Source of the DNA: Paraspadella gotoi
Lineage: Eukaryota; Animalia; Chaetognatha
Assembly: GCA_051294375.1 (NCBI GenBank)
Contig: CM119263.1
Location: 24,529,649 to 24,593,648, forward strand
Reading direction: 5' to 3'
Length of the DNA stretch: 64,000 nt
Shown here one piece after another: positions 23,441 through 39,017 of the stretch. How positions within the stretch are numbered: position 1 is the first letter of the stretch; each line of letters opens with the position of its first letter. Below the pieces are notes generated by a model. The model was not told where the DNA came from, searched no databases, and saw only the letters and a program-made list of their open reading frames with translations. The position numbers and the translations under genes are program-made.

Positions 23441-26400
23441 AGGAGAGCCGATAAGAGGTCATGGCTTTCGGCGAATGGTGAGGGCGGACTCTTTGGAAGA
23501 CAAGTTTTTTCGGCCGCTCTCATTTTCGCGCTCGTTTCTTGAGCGCTCCCTCCGCCCCCGTGTTGTTCCGCCCCCGCGGTCTTTTCCATTTCTAACTCCC
23601 TCCCTCCTCCTCCTCTTCCTCTTCCTCCTCCTCCTCCTTCAGACCATCAGACCGCGCCCCTTCGTTTTCGCTTCGTTAACTTCGCCATCCTTCCATATTT
23701 TCCTTCTCGCTGGAGGAAAGAAAAGGAGGAGAAAATGAAAAGGTGAGGAAAAAAAAGGAAAGAATGAAGAGGAGGCGGGGGGGCGGTCGAGGATGAGTCG
23801 GGAGGACGAGGGAGGGAGGGAAGAAAGTAAGTTAAGCGATAGGATGAGCGGGGGAAGAAATGAGAAGTAGACAATGGGTAATTGAAAAAAAAAAAGAGAG
23901 TCGGTTCTTGAGCGGAGAAGATGAAAGAAAATCAGAGGTCGAGAGAAAAACTTTTTTTGGAGATAGAGAAGAAAAAGATGTGTCTTAGTCCCTCAGTTAA
24001 ACTTAAAGAAAGATATAGTTTGTTCTCACTGATTTCAGTAAAAATATATCAACCGAGCATTTCTTTATTCTCGTTCACCTCCTCGCCGCTATCTCGACCA
24101 ATCAGCGTCTCTCTTTCTCAGCCAATCGGCGTCGTCCGACCGTCGTCGACCCCGTCGCCCCCTCCGGTTGTTTGTCTAACTTTCAATTTTCCATTTAAAT
24201 CCCGTTTCGACTTGATTTGACTTTTCTTGATCCTTTCAAAGGCGGCGGCGCCGGCGCTGGCGGAGCGAAACGGGGACTCGAGCGGCGGCGTCGTTTCCTA
24301 CCCCCATTTTAAATCCCTTTTCCACCCGAGAACACCCATCCCTTCCACGCCGGATATTGCCTCCCGTTTGTCGTTGGGGTCAGCGGCGAACGGCGGCTAT
24401 AAAAACAATTTTTTTTTGCATTTTTTGTTTTAGATTTGGTTTCTCCGCTTTTTTTTTCTTATTTCTTTTGTTTCAGTTGTTTTTTTTTCCTGGCAACGGA
24501 ACGGAAACGGGAAACGTGAAGGCGTGACGACGCTTTTTATGAGATTTATATTCGGTTTTATTCTATTTGTATCAATAAGTATGTTTTACTTTTATTAGTA
24601 TTATTTTATGTAGGGTAGAAACCAAAGGTGAAAATGTCAATTATAATTTTTTCCTAAATTTTACATTCACTCAATTCGAGGGGCATTTATAAAAAAAAAC
24701 GTTTATTTTCGGGATCACTTTCTTACATATTTCTTACATATTTGTACATATTGCACAGCAATCCCTTTCTCTCAATCAGACCGCCCCAAAACGTCCGACC
24801 TTCCATATTTCCATTGTTATGATGCGAAAACTCGCCGCGGTGAAAAAAAAGAGAGAAGGTTTCAGTTTTGGGCAAAAGAGTTGATTTGTTTTGGTTCCTC
24901 GTTTAATCGAGATAAATATGCGTTGCTTAACCCGAGACTCGTCGAAGAAAGAAAAGTGTTTAGACCGGAAGAAGAGGCGGCGGGTTCTTTGTTGTATCGA
25001 GCTGGAAGTCGGGCCGTGGCGACGGGGAACCGACGACGACGAACGGACGACGATGCGAACCGACGAACGAAGTGTTTGGGGGTTGTCGAAAGTCAATCTT
25101 TTCCCCCGGGGCTCTACCAACCCGAGGAAACTGCCTTCCGTCAGTCGAAATCTTAGAGAGGCCGGCTAACAAGCGCCATAAAAGAGCCACTAACCACGCA
25201 GGAAGAGGAAACNNNNNNNNNNNNNNNNNNNNNNNNNNNNNNNNNNNNNNNNNNNNNNNNNNNNNNNNNNNNNNNNNNNNNNNNNNNNNNNNNNNNNNNN
25301 NNNNNNNNNNNNNNNNNNNNNNNNNNNNNNNNNNNNNNNNNNNNNNNNNNNNNNNNNNNNNNNNNNNNNNNNNNNTGGGGCTCCGAGAGAATTAATTAAT
25401 TAATGCATTCAAGATTTGATCTTTGGATTATGTCATAGTCTATGACAATATATTTTTAGGCTATAGGTTGAAACTTTTCTTCTCATGATAATACTTTTTT
25501 TTTAAAGATTCTAATTTGTTTTTTTCGCGCCTCTCGTCCTCGCGTAGTCATGTGATCTCTCTGAAATGCGACTAGGGAATAAGATAGTCTCTGCGGCGCG
25601 AAAATTTTAAATTGCTGTTTCTTGTTATATGTCATTAAATTTCACTTGTATTACAGTCCTTCCTCCTTAACTAATAACCATTCCTATTGTTTAATACAAT
25701 TACATATATTAAATGTCAAATGTAAGGAAATAAAATCGGATATCGACCATTACTAACGTTAGTTTTAGTTTTAGCATTAGTTTTCATGAAGACAGAGTCG
25801 TCGCTTTCGATCCACTCTTTCTTTTTTCTTCTCTTCCTTCTTCCTCCTTCTTTGTTTTTTCTTCTCTTCCTTCTTCCTCCTTCCTATTTTTCTTTTTCTT
25901 TATCCCACCCGTCGTTCCCGCTTCCTTTTCTCATCGTCCTAAATTTCATTTCCCACTCGTTTCCCTTTTTTTTCCCCTTTTCCCATTTCCCATTTNNNNN
26001 NNNNNNNNNNNNNNNNNNNNNNNNNNNNNNNNNNNNNNNNNNNNNNNNNNNNNNNNNNNNNNNNNNNNNNNNNNNNNNNNNNNNNNNNNNNNNNNNNNNN
26101 NNNNNNNNNNNNNNNNNNNNNNNNNNNNNNNNNNNNNNNNNNNNNNNNNNNNNNNNNNNNNNNNNNNNNNNNNNNNNNNNNNNNNNNNNNNNNNNNNNNN
26201 NNNNNNNNNNNNNNNNNNNNNNNNNNNNNNNNNNNNNNNNNNNNNNNNNNNNNNNNNNNNNNNNNNNNNNNNNNNNNNNNNNNNNNNNNNNNNNNNNNNN
26301 NNNNNNNNNNNNNNNNNNNNNACAGCAGCTGCGGCGGCGCGGCGTGGTCTAGCGTGCAAGAACGTGCGAGAGAGAGAAGGATAGAGAGAGAGAGGAGAGA

Positions 26401-29400
26401 GAGAGAAGAGAGAGAAAGAGAGAGGAGAGAGAAAGAGATGAGAGAGAGATGAGAGAGAAGAGATTGGTGATTTCTCCAGTTAAGCTACACTGGTCTTCTC
26501 AGTTCGCCCAAATCTTATTGTGATGAATGAGATTTTCACTTAACGATTTAACCTACATCAGCTCACCTCTCCCCACCAAAAAAGAAATTGGGTCACTCAA
26601 CTCGGTCGAGTTTCGCTAGGAGAGGACGAACGATTGAAATATAGCGTAAGTCTTCTCTCCATTCGTCTCTCTCTCTTTTCTCTCTCTCTCGATTGTATCT
26701 TCTCATCATTCTTACTCTCTTTCTCTTCTCTCTCTTGCTCTTTCTCTCTGCTCTCTTCTCTCTTCTCCCTCTCTTTCTCTCTTCTCTCTCGCATTCTATT
26801 CTCTTCTCTTTCTTTTCTCTCTTCTCTCTCTCTCTACTTCTTTCATTTCTCTCTCTCTCTCTCTCATTCTACTCTCTCTCTTCTCTCTGTCTCTGCTTCG
26901 CTCTTCCTCATCTTTCTCATCTCTCTGCTCTCGTCATTCTCTCTTCTCCCCGCCTATGGAAGTAAGGACGGAGAAAGATTGCGAATCTCTCGTTAAGACA
27001 AATGACGGGAGAAGAGCTTTAAGACGAAACCTTTGGCGCCGCGAGCGTCGGGCGCCAACGACGCCGGCTTTCCGGTAATGAGACGCAAATTGATTCGTCA
27101 CTTTGAAATTTACCCAATTTTCCTCCTTTCCTCAGACTGTTTTTTTTTTTCGCTGGAGGCTGTTTTTTCTAGCTCCGACTCTATCTCTCTCGTTCCCGTT
27201 TCACAGCCTTACCCTCTCTCTCTCTCTCTCCCCACCCTCTCCCTCTCAATCTTTCTCTTTCTCCCTCTCCGGGTCCCCACAAATGAGTTCTAGACAAGTC
27301 GGTGATGAATAGCGGCCATAAAACGCGGCAAACAACGTCTCGGTCCTCGGCTGCAGGATTTAATGGAAGAAAACATTTTGGGAGGCAGCCGAGCAAAAAA
27401 TTCCCCCCAATCTTCTCTCCTTCTCTCAGCCCCGCCCCCGGCGACCCCCCCCTTATCGTCTTACCAGTCACAGAGTCTCCTTATTAACCAGAGTATTGTC
27501 ACATTATTTCTTAACATTTCTCATTTCACTGGCTTTCAATAGTATATATGAAATTGCGACGAACAATATAAAAAATTTTCCATTCTTTGAAAAGATAAAC
27601 TTCTCCCGTCTTTGGATAGGGTATGGCAGGTTGAGGCCTGCATCCAAGTTGAGAACATACCCCGACCCTGCATGCTTTCAATCAAGACTGTCTTTTTCTC
27701 TAGTTCATAAACTCTTATGATATCAAGGAGGTAAGGTAAATATGGTAGATGTGATAATATGGTAATTGAATATGGTAAATTTGGTATAGTGAAAGGACTT
27801 TCGTTTCGTTGCGTTTTTAAATTGAGAGAGAAAACAAAGTTTGTTTTTGTTTACAAACAACGAAGTTTATTTCTTTAAATGGACAATTGGAAAATGTTTC
27901 GACTCTTTTTCGAGTCTTCATCAGTGTAAATATGGTAAATATAGTAAATATGGTAAATACTATATTATACTCCGCACAATGTTAGTTTACTCTTTCTTTA
28001 CTCTCCCCTACTCACTCAACCCTCATGCCACTTTCACTCCCCTATCCTCTTTCCTATCTCTTTTAACCCCAACGACGAATCCCTTAGCAACTCCCTACTG
28101 ATTGCTCACAACACCCCGGGCTTGCCTTTCCACTCCACACTAAATAAAGACCGGACGGCGTTTTCCATCCACCTTTGCTAAATAGTAGTTGTTATTTATG
28201 TTGTCGATGTTGTTTATAGAATCAGACGAACGAAAGAGATTTAAACTCAATAGTCAATACTTCTCTATGTGTTAAATACATATATAACTTCGTATTCGAA
28301 CTCGATCAAGTGCGGAAAGAATAACATCTTCGTCTCATCACTATTTCGTTTTCAATTTCCGTTTTCAGGGCGACCTACTTTTTCGTCCATTCGTCACTTA
28401 CCCTCGTTCGACATAGCGACGTCCGTAATCGCTCGTCCTACATTTCGCTACATTTGCGCACAATTTCGTATTTGCCCAATGTCATTGTTCGTTGCTCCCT
28501 TACCTTAACCTATCCCAACTCTCGCTATCAACTCGGGTAACTTTTCTCTTCACCATTTCCAATGTCCCTTGCCAGATCGAAACCACATCACTTGAATTTC
28601 TTACTATCACAAACTTATCTTACTTACCAACCACTCGCCAACTTCCTCACGATATCGAAAATCTTTTACTCACTTTCGCTCTCCTCCTTCTCCTCCTCAC
28701 TCCCCCGCCCCCTGCACCCCTTTCAAAAAAAAGAGAGATCGCGGGTATTGGAACGCCGCGAATGTGAGCTATCCCCCCCCTTCCGCCCCGCCCCTCCCGT
28801 TTCCTCACAACAAACAACTCTTAAACACAATCTTAATCATCAGAAATTTATCTCGCATTTCTTCTCTCTTTCTTTTNNNNNNNNNNNNNNNNNNNNNNNN
28901 NNNNNNNNNNNNNNNNNNNNNNNNNNNNNNNNNNNNNNNNNNNNNNNNNNNNNNNNNNNNNNNNNNNNNNNNNNNNNNNNNNNNNNNNNNNNNNNNNNNN
29001 NNNNNNNNNNNNNNNNNNNNNNNNNNNNNNNNNNNNNNNNNNNNNNNNNNNNNNNNNNNNNNNNNNNNNNNNNNNNNNNNNNNNNNNNNNNNNNNNNNNN
29101 NNNNNNNNNNNNNNNNNNNNNNNNNNNNNNNNNNNNNNNNNNNNNNNNNNNNNNNNNNNNNNNNNNNNNNNNNNNNNNNNNNNNNNNNNNNNNNNNNNNN
29201 NNNNNNNNNNNNNNNNNNNNNNNNNNNNNNNNNNNAATAAGTCGCCTTCCATCTCATTTGAGACGATTATTGGCCTTGGAACATAAATTCGTAATAAGTT
29301 GCGTTGCGTTTTGTTCGCTTCGCTGTATTCGTACGTTGAAATGTATTTTGAAGACGGGATACTACGTTCATACGTTCGTATTAGTTAATTTATGTATATT

Positions 29401-30065
29401 TCTAAAACTAAGTTTACCTGCCTTAAGACTAAGGCAGCAGTTCTTGCTTATTTTTTCTCGGTTGAAATGTTTTTTTTTTGTTCCACGTGGCGACAAAGTA
29501 TAATAGAAAAAATAAGATCTCACGAAACAAAATAGAAAAAAAAAATAGAAAAGGAAAAAAAAAAGAAAGAAGAAATAGTAGGTATCACCGTCGGCGCTAT
29601 TTGCATAGAGCGGCGTAATTGGTGGTAGGTGGATCCTATCTATTGCTGTTTAACGAAGGATGAAATAACTCGTCGTCTCGAGCCGAGAGAGGCGGGGCCG
29701 CGCGTGCCGCCTCGTCGGGGGAGGAGGAGGAGGAGGAGGGGAGAGAGAGAGAGAGAGAGGGGATGGTTAAGGATGAAATACATAGATCGGGAGGGACAAG
29801 GTGTGGGGGATTGTAAAATTGGAAATATGACAATCAATTGGCACCAAAGTCGTTTTCAATCGCTTTGCATTTCAAGCTTATTTGTAAGTATTTGTAATAA
29901 AATATATATTTTTTGGTATAAATGGAGAGGAAAGAAAATAAAAAGGTGAGGATAATGTAGCCAAAGTTAAATCGGTCGGACTGATCTTAAAGTAGATCCT
30001 TCGCTGTCCTAAACTAAACAAACTTGCTTATGCAGTGGATGAGCTGAGTAACAGACTCAAGGCTC

Positions 30066-30100
<35 letters not shown>

Positions 30101-30603
30101 CGTCCCGAATCGAAAATCGACGACAGCAAAAAATTGAGATGAAGTCGGGGAAAGGTGGGGAAGAGGAGGAGAGGGTGGCATGGAGATTGGAGACAGACTA
30201 AAGGATTGGTTGGAGATGGGCGTGGTCGGAGTCGACGGATGGATGCATCGGACGATCTCCTAATCGGGGAATTCGGTTAAGTCAAAAACGGGTGAGGTAA
30301 GAAATGAAATGACAAGCGATTTTAGGTAAGGAATAGGGTGAGGCAGAACAGACGTCCGACTATTTTCGTCTTTTACGCGAGGTCGTACGACGTCCCAACC
30401 GACGACGACAACGACGACGAAGTGGACGACGACGACAACGACGACGCCCGTCGATTTTTACACCGAATCTTAAAATTATCAGTCGAGGCCGAGGAAACCC
30501 AAAGGAGAAAAAAAAAGTCCACGGAGTCGCGGTTCGATCTTTGCCTCACTTAGCCCTAAACACAAGACTTTTCCTAAAGGCCTCGTTTCAACTTTAAAAG
30601 TTG

Positions 30604-30639
<36 letters not shown>

Positions 30640-31624
30640 TTCCGTCGCGGAGAGCAGCGATCTCATTAGCGCCGCTCCATTGACTTCCATTTTGCCTCCA
30701 GTAAAAACAACCGAAAAGGAATTAGCCCCCCGCGCTTTTCTGTACCCTTTTTTTCTCTGTTCCTTTTTTTTCGCGCTTTTCTGTTCTTTTTCTTTTTTTT
30801 TTTCCTTTTTATGGTACTTTTCTGTTCTTCTTTTCTGCGATTTGTTTTTCACTTTTTTATTTCTTTTCTGTTTTTTGTTTCCCGCTTTTCTGTTGTTTTT
30901 GTGCTTTTCTGTTTAAGATTTTCTTTTAACTTTTTTTTTACGGTTTTCTTTGCTTTTTTTCGGTTTTCTTTTTTTTATATTTCCATCTAATTTTTTAAGA
31001 TTTTTCCTTAATATGAACCCTATAGTACGTCTAACATAACATAACATATCATGAATTTTCTGTGTATGGCTCACTGAAAGAAGAATCACTTTAAACTTTA
31101 ATTTATAATTTAAACTATATCTACAAACATTAAAAAATAAATTGTTTTTTTTTCTATCATTTTTTGCCATGAATTTTTTTCTTGGAAAGCGAGGGAAGAA
31201 ACTGAAAGAGATATTGCCACTCGAAGCGTCAGCTCGTTCTTTCTCCCGCTCGTTGGAAACAAAAAAGAAAACCAACTCATTAAACGCCAAGTTTTCCTTT
31301 CAAATTTTCNNNNNNNNNNNNNNNNNNNNNNNNNNNNNNNNNNNNNNNNNNNNNNNNNNNNNNNNNNNNNNNNNNNNNNNNNNNNNNNNNNNNNNNNNNN
31401 NNNNNNNNNNNNNNNNNNNNNNNNNNNNNNNNNNNNNNNNNNNNNNNNNNNNNNNNNNNNNNNNNNNNNNNNNNNNNNNNNNNNNNNNNNNNNNNNNNNN
31501 NNNNNNNNNNNNNNNNNNNNNNNNNNNNNNNNNNNGCCCGCGCTATAGATGGAATAATGGACGGGGGGAGTGACGCTCTCGCCTGGCATGTGCCTTGAAA
31601 ACCTGATAAAGGAGGAGACGACGA

Positions 31625-31660
<36 letters not shown>

Positions 31661-33271
31661 CGATAGCCACGAAGACGATATTTTCTAGAGCCGAGCAAAT
31701 TCTTGTATGAACATCACGTCCCGCAGCTTAAGATCCGGTCAATTTCTGCTGCATGCCATAAATATTTGCTCATTATTGGTGAAAGATGGCGAAGGGTGTC
31801 AAAGAAGAAGGCAAGAAGGAAGAAAAAAGATGCTTCGATTTCTTATTAAAGATGCAGGATCCGTCTATATTTTATTACATTGAAATATAGTACTGTGTAT
31901 GGACGATGGATCAAAAATATTGCCAAGGAAAAACTTAAAGCAAATTGGTTTGAAGATTAAAAGTAGATACATATTAGCTCTACCCACAGGCAGCGCCGAC
32001 GACGCCGCGGTCGCCGCCAGCGAAAGGTTTTATTTGATGCCAGCAGCGCCGACGTCTCTCGAGTATCCGGCGTCGTTTAGCGGCGTCTTTAATGGACGAC
32101 GCCGCGTCAAGATTAACAAATAGATGGCGCCTTAGAGATGACGCGGAATAAAATCTAAAAATGTTGGATGTTGAGCTTAAACAATTTTAAAATGTGCAGC
32201 CAAAAACTAAAAATTGAAATTGATCAAATTTGATAAAAATGTGAGAAAATGAAAAAGAATGCTTGCTTTAAAACTCGTCCAACAATAAAAAAATTAACCC
32301 TTTGGGTGTGATCAAACAGTATACATAAAGAAGTAAGAGAGAGAGAGAGAGAGAGAGAGANNNNNNNNNNNNNNNNNNNNNNNNNNNNNNNNNNNNNNNN
32401 NNNNNNNNNNNNNNNNNNNNNNNNNNNNNNNNNNNAGAGCGAGAGCGAGAGCGAGAGCGAGAGCGAGAGTAATCAGGAGGTCAAGGGGGTTCAAAAACCC
32501 CGCCGGGTCCAGCAGATGGAACGGGAGGCGCCCAACGCGAACCTCACCAAATTTAGCCTCATTTACACATTTGCTCCATTCCGGCTGATATCGCGTCCCC
32601 ACTAATGGTTTTTGTCAAGTAGCGACGTTATGTTGAGACGTCCGTCGAATGAGGGGAGAGAGAGAGAGCGAGTCAGCGAGAGATGAAGATGTGAACCAGG
32701 GACCTTNNNNNNNNNNNNNNNNNNNNNNNNNNNNNNNNNNNNNNNNNNNNNNNNNNNNNNNNNNNNNNNNNNNNNNNNNNNNNNNNNNNNNNNNNNNNNN
32801 NNNNNNNNNNNNNNNNNNNNNNNNNNNNNNNNNNNNNNNNNNNNNNNNNNNNNNNNNNNNNNNNNNNNNNNNNNNNNNNNNNNNNNNNNNNNNNNNNNNN
32901 NNNNNNNNNNNNNNNNNNNNNNNNNNNNNNNNNNNNNNNNNNNNNNNNNNNNNNNNNNNNNNNNNNNNNNNNNNNNNNNNNNNNNNNNNNNNNNNNNNNN
33001 NNNNNNNNNNNNNNNNNNNNNNNNNNNNNNNNNNNNNNNNNNNNNNNNNNNNNNNNNNNNNNNNNNNNNNNNNNNNNNNNNNNNNNNNNNNNNNNNNNNN
33101 NNNNNNNNNNNNNNNNNNNNNNNNNNNNNNNNNNNNNNNNNNNNNNNNNNNNNNNNNNNNNNNNNNNNNNNNNNNNNNNNNNNNNNNNNNNNNNNNNNNN
33201 NNNNNNGGGAACCGGTTCCGCTCCGTTTAGCGTTGAAAATCTAGCGAATTCCAATGGTTTTCTCTGACAGG

Positions 33272-33308
<37 letters not shown>

Positions 33309-34411
33309 TGACCCCGAGTTCATTTTTGTTTTCCCCATCTCTTCACTTTCTCTTCTTTCTTTTTCTTTCTTTCTTCCTCCTTTTTTCTTTTCTTTTCACT
33401 TTCACTTTCTCTTCTTCTTCACCACAGCGTCGCTTTTCGTTCGTCGCGGTTGTGAATTTTGGTTTTTTTTTTGTTTTTCACATTTTTGTTTTCACTCTTC
33501 GCTCAGCGACTCCGTTTTTCCCAAATGTGAGGAGGCCAAAATCGTCACCGGAGATTTTAAACGACTCTTATATTTTTTTTCTCTCTTTTCACTAATGAGC
33601 TTCTTTTTTTTTTTTTTTTTAAATTCAGAAAAACGAGAGCGAAATTTGGTTAAAGGACGCTAGGGGCGCTGGATGTATGTTTTGAGGCGTTTTGGGGCGT
33701 ATTTCCAAACGCTGAGGCTGCGGCAACTTCGGCCCCGGTCGGTTAAGGCGGCGGCGGTGAAAGCGGCTTCAGCGGCGGCGAAAGCGCGATGTTTGGGGCG
33801 GTTAAGCTGCGAGCGGCGCTCAGGGCGCGAAAATGAGCGCCGGTGATTTGGAAAAAACCCGCGGGACGAGAGAATCTCCGCGTCAGACGCCGTCGCCGGC
33901 GCGACGGACATTTTCTACGCTGCACGTCGACCTTACGTTCGAATTCAGATCCTGTCAATTCGTATTTTAAAAATTAATGTCTGTGTCATGAAATCAAGTA
34001 CTTAAATTTCATACAATTTCCGACATATAAACTCAATTTGATATCTTTCTTCTCTCTCTCCTATGTCAACATAATTTTCGTCTTTGTTGTCGTTGACGTC
34101 GTCTTCTACGTCGTCGTTGTCGTCGTTTAATTCTTCCGGCGGAGGATGGCACTTTTTTTTTGAAAAAAAGATAGAAATGGGAATCCGACCAACGACGCGT
34201 CTCGTCATCTTCGACGAATCTCTCCTCGGTAGCCAAACATCGTAGAGATAAAACTATCCGACGACGCGAGACGTGGAATTCTCAAGCGAAGAGAGAGATA
34301 TTTTTAGCCTCGACGGAGTTGGTCATTAGTTTCATCCACTTTTAAACCGGACGCTAATGAGGGGGGCAGAACGAGCGCCACTCTCGTCGTTTAACGCAAA
34401 GAGGAGAGAGA

Positions 34412-34459
<48 letters not shown>

Positions 34460-35118
34460 GGGTTTCGGAATATTATCCTCTTTTTTTCTAGTAAATGTTT
34501 CTGAATTCATTAGCATAATCGCGAAAATGAAGCATTGCCCATTTATTTTGTTGCGAGGAACATTATTTTTATGAACTTGGGAGCATTTTCTTATTCTTAC
34601 AAGTTACAACACTTTTTGCCCTTATTCATTTTTCCTTTTAGCGCTCTTCACATTCGTTTCTGTACTTTGATTTCTTCCCTCTCTTGATAGAACTTCCCCT
34701 TCTTCTTTTCTCTCCCTCTTCCTCCCTCTCTCCCTCTCTCCCTTCCCTCCTTCTCGGAAACGGTTTAATCGCGGCTCGATCACCCGTGAAATTTCCCATT
34801 CAAGTTTGAGGAGAAAAGGGTTCATCTTCAGAGTCGGTGGCATGAAGGCCACGCCTCGGAAATCATGGCCGCGTCCGCCCCTCTCCTCTTCCGACCGCGA
34901 GGGACCCCCCCCTTCTTTGCTTCGCTCCCCATCCACCCGAAACCACTCTCTTCTTTTCCACCCCGCGACCATCATCCATAACCTCGCTCCATCCCCCCGT
35001 CTCCACTCCTCGGTCTAATTTCCATTTTGACAAACTTAAAAATCGAGTCTGACAAGTCGAGGCGAGAGGCGAGGGCGAAGCGCCTACCTCGTCCTTGGCC
35101 CACCCTTCACCTACTAAC

Positions 35119-35226
<108 letters not shown>

Positions 35227-35725
35227 GGCACCCTCCTCGCTCGTTTCTTTCAGGAATTATTTCCATATTTTTTTCCAACTTCGACCCCAAAAAAAAACCT
35301 AAAATTTTGATGGCATCACGAGTTTCGTTCCACTTTGAAGATTTGCGCTCGCAAGTCGACGATTAAGGGAGACGAATTATCAAACGGAGCCTTTAATGCC
35401 TTTTTTTTAAAAAACTTTATATTTTAATCTTTACTCAATACTCACTACTCACTACTCATTAATCAGTATATGTATTGTAGTGGACGTGCATGGCGCTTTA
35501 CGCCAGTAAATTTCGTCATCTTGCTATATCAATTTTAATATCGTTAAAACATAAAAATTTCACCATTTTTAAAAGATCTTACCCTAAAACGTAAACATTT
35601 ATATTTGTTTATGGACAACGACTTTTAGGTTATCTTTTGACTTTTTCGGTCAAGTAAGATGGCGCATCGGATTAAAAAAAAAATTTCACACTCTAAAAAG
35701 TAGTAAAAGTTCCGAGTGAGATAGC

Positions 35726-35771
<46 letters not shown>

Positions 35772-38700
35772 GATCTCGAACTTAATGACTCGGGGTCGCG
35801 GCGGCAGCGAAAATGTCAAGGATAATCATGTCGCGGTAAAAATCCATTTTCCGACCGATTGTCGCTCGGTTGGGGAGAGAGAAATTTTTTTTTTTTTTTG
35901 CATTTGCGGGAAGGAGGGAGGAGAAAGGAAGGGAGAAAAGGAAAAAAAAAGGAAATATTTTCATATCTCCCTGTTAAATTATTAGGCGGAATGGGAGAGG
36001 AAAATGGCTAAGAGAGCAAGAGAATTTTGGAAGATGCAATAAAATTATTTCAATTATTTCTCTAAATAAAAAAGCTTTAGTTTGATTTCTCGTTATCATC
36101 GTCCGTTCCACCCGGAGTGGTAAAGTTCCACCTCCGCTCGCCACGCCCTCCACGCCCGTCCCCCCCCCTGTCCCACCAAAGGACTGATCAAGTTTTTGTC
36201 CCAATTCTCAAATCGCGTTTTTTTTCCTCTCGTCTCGATTAATGAATCGAGGGAGCGAGACGCCCGCTTTTCACATTCCAGCGAAAATTTTAGAGAAATC
36301 CGTGGAGAGAATTTGAGGTGATTGCCGAAGGAAGGATGCCTCTGTGAGGGTAAACACGAGCGTCATTGCTGAGGGACCCAAAAAAGGTTACGAAATGTTA
36401 TCGCTTTAATAATATTGTTGAATATATTTTTGAATCTTATTCATTGCTAAATTTGCTATGTTTATTGTTTGTACATTAAATAAATAATTTATCCTACTTC
36501 TGACTTTTGACAATGAAAATATGTAATAAACATTGAGGTCAATGGACGCACACCCACGCAATTTTCTCGCTGATCCCACCATCTCAAGTTCTTCTTTTCT
36601 CCACCCCTCCATCCTTCCTCCTTCCACTTAACCCACCCTCTCCCCCCTTTCCTCAGCACCTGATGGTCATCGAGGGATGCCGTTCGTTTTTTTATTTTTT
36701 TTTTTTTTTTTTTTTGAGGGACTAAACTTCTCGGAGCGTTTGATGGCGTCGAGGATTAGTTCCGGCTTTTTGAAGAGATCGGGTCACCTCCGGCGGCCGG
36801 CGGCGGAGGCGGCGGCGGAAGCGGGAGTGGCAGCGACAGCGGCGGCCCGATGACCCCGGATCGTTTCCACTCCGAAGTTAAGACCGGATTTTTTTTTTTA
36901 AAGAGGTCACGGGTTAAAGTGGAGAAGGAATTCGAGAGGGCGAGGGGGGCGTGACCCGATAACTCGAAGAGGAAACGAAATGAAAATAAAATCGTCCGTC
37001 ACACGAACATAATTTTTAAAAAAGTTCATGCTTCAAATATAAAAAGACTATGCGTACAAATTTAGCATCGTGATCATCATCGTTATCATCAGCATCTTAG
37101 TCATCATCACTACGCTAAAAAGATGCCTTCTTAGAAGTGATCATCAATATCTAAAGCATCCCTTCCCATCACCGGCATCACTCGTCAACACCGCTTCATT
37201 ATCACTCCTCCAGCGCATCGCGCCACTCCACTCCGGCACCCCCGCAGACCGAAACGGCGCCGTGGCCTGGGTCGTGGAGCGATTCGGATAATGGTCCTTT
37301 CAGCGCGCGTTATGTTAATGAGGAAATAAAATCAGAATCTTTGGGGAGCGGAACTCTTTTCTCTCTTTTTTTTTTTCGCGTCTGAATTTTCATCCGCGCA
37401 GATTACGAGGAGAGTTACTATATACAATACATACGGTGGGGTTAGATTATGGAGCGAGAAACCTTAAATAGCACCTTAAATAAATATATATATGTATATA
37501 GTATATATATATAGTAAAATAATCGATCTTGAATTTTCAACTGATTACTACTTCACTTTCTTCTGGAAAAAAATTTTTAAAACATTTTCTGCCACGTATA
37601 TTCTAATGTTAAATCTGAACCAAAAAACGTTTAGTAGATTGAATAAAAGAAACGCTGATTGATGGATTGCTTGGTCAATGATTGGCGCTTTTTAACCTTG
37701 ATCTTTCTAAACGGAAAAACGAGGACATTATGAACGGGCGGCCATTCTTGATTTTTTTTGGATGTCGCGAGGAATCAGAACCTCGTTTTCCGCAATTTTA
37801 GGCGTCACCCGGTGTAAAACGATTGATCGCCCAAGACTGATGAACCGATTTTTTACCTCGATAAAGACGACCGACCGATAGACCGACCGACCGATAGACC
37901 GACCGACCGACCGAAGGAACGAGACTTCCCCGAGTCAGCACCCGAAATGATCTCCACATTAACTCTCTCTCCTTCTCTCTCAAACTTCTGCTCTCAACCT
38001 TAATTTCTAACCAATATTTCAAGGAGTTTCTCGCCCACTTCGTCATTTCCGTCACATTTCCTTTTTTTTTTCTCTCCCTTCGGAATTTCTCGCTTTTTTT
38101 ACTCGCTTTACTCACTTTTCTAACTCCTTACTTACTTTTCCGTACTTAGTTTCATTTTTCCGATTCACAATTTTAGCTACTTTTTATACTTTTTTGGTTG
38201 TTTTTTCAATATTTCTCAGTACTCCTGTACATTGTACATATTTTCAATTGAAATTTACATACTACTTTCAATTTTCTTTTTTTATTTTTTTTCAAACCTT
38301 TGTTTTTTCCTATTGATAAAAAAGCCACGTTGGGCATAATGGATTATTCATATATAAAAGCAAAGCACAATAAATTGTCAATAAATTTGAGAATTGACGT
38401 TAATTAATTGATCCAGCGTTCTCTTCTTCTCGCCCGTTTCATGAGAGTAGAAAAAAGAAAAGCCAAGAAAGGCAAACCATAACTTGGCATAAGGTCTGTC
38501 AGATCAATTTGCTGGTCCATTACCTGCGTGCTAATCAATATTTAGTTTAAAAACATGATTCCCGAAATTTTAAAAGCGTGAATCTGCTTCCATAAATGAA
38601 TAGATGGTTGTGAACGACCTCTCCAAAAGGCGAATCCCCTTGATCTTGGAATGCCCTCCCCCCGCGCCACCCTCAACACTCCCGCTTCGCTCCTTCGCCT

Positions 38701-38975
38701 CCACAAAAAATAAATAAACTTTCTTTTTTTTTCAATTTTTTGAGAGGAAAATCCGCAAAGTAAATAAATTGTGATTAAGTGCTCGGCGTTTCGTCATCTG
38801 TCTCATTAGAGGGCGACGATATAATCTCCCTCATATGGAATTGTGTAATGGGTAGAGAAGAGAGAGAGAGTGAGAGAGAGAGAGGAGAGAGAGAGAGGAG
38901 AGAGAGAGAGGAGAGAGAGAGAGCGGAGAGAGAGAGGGAGGGAGAAAGAGAGAGAGAGAGAGGAGAGGAGAGGAG

Positions 38976-39017
<42 letters not shown>

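Noticed and set aside
21925-33338. Long ORFs containing X runs
   Set aside because: They are open only because they cross N gaps.
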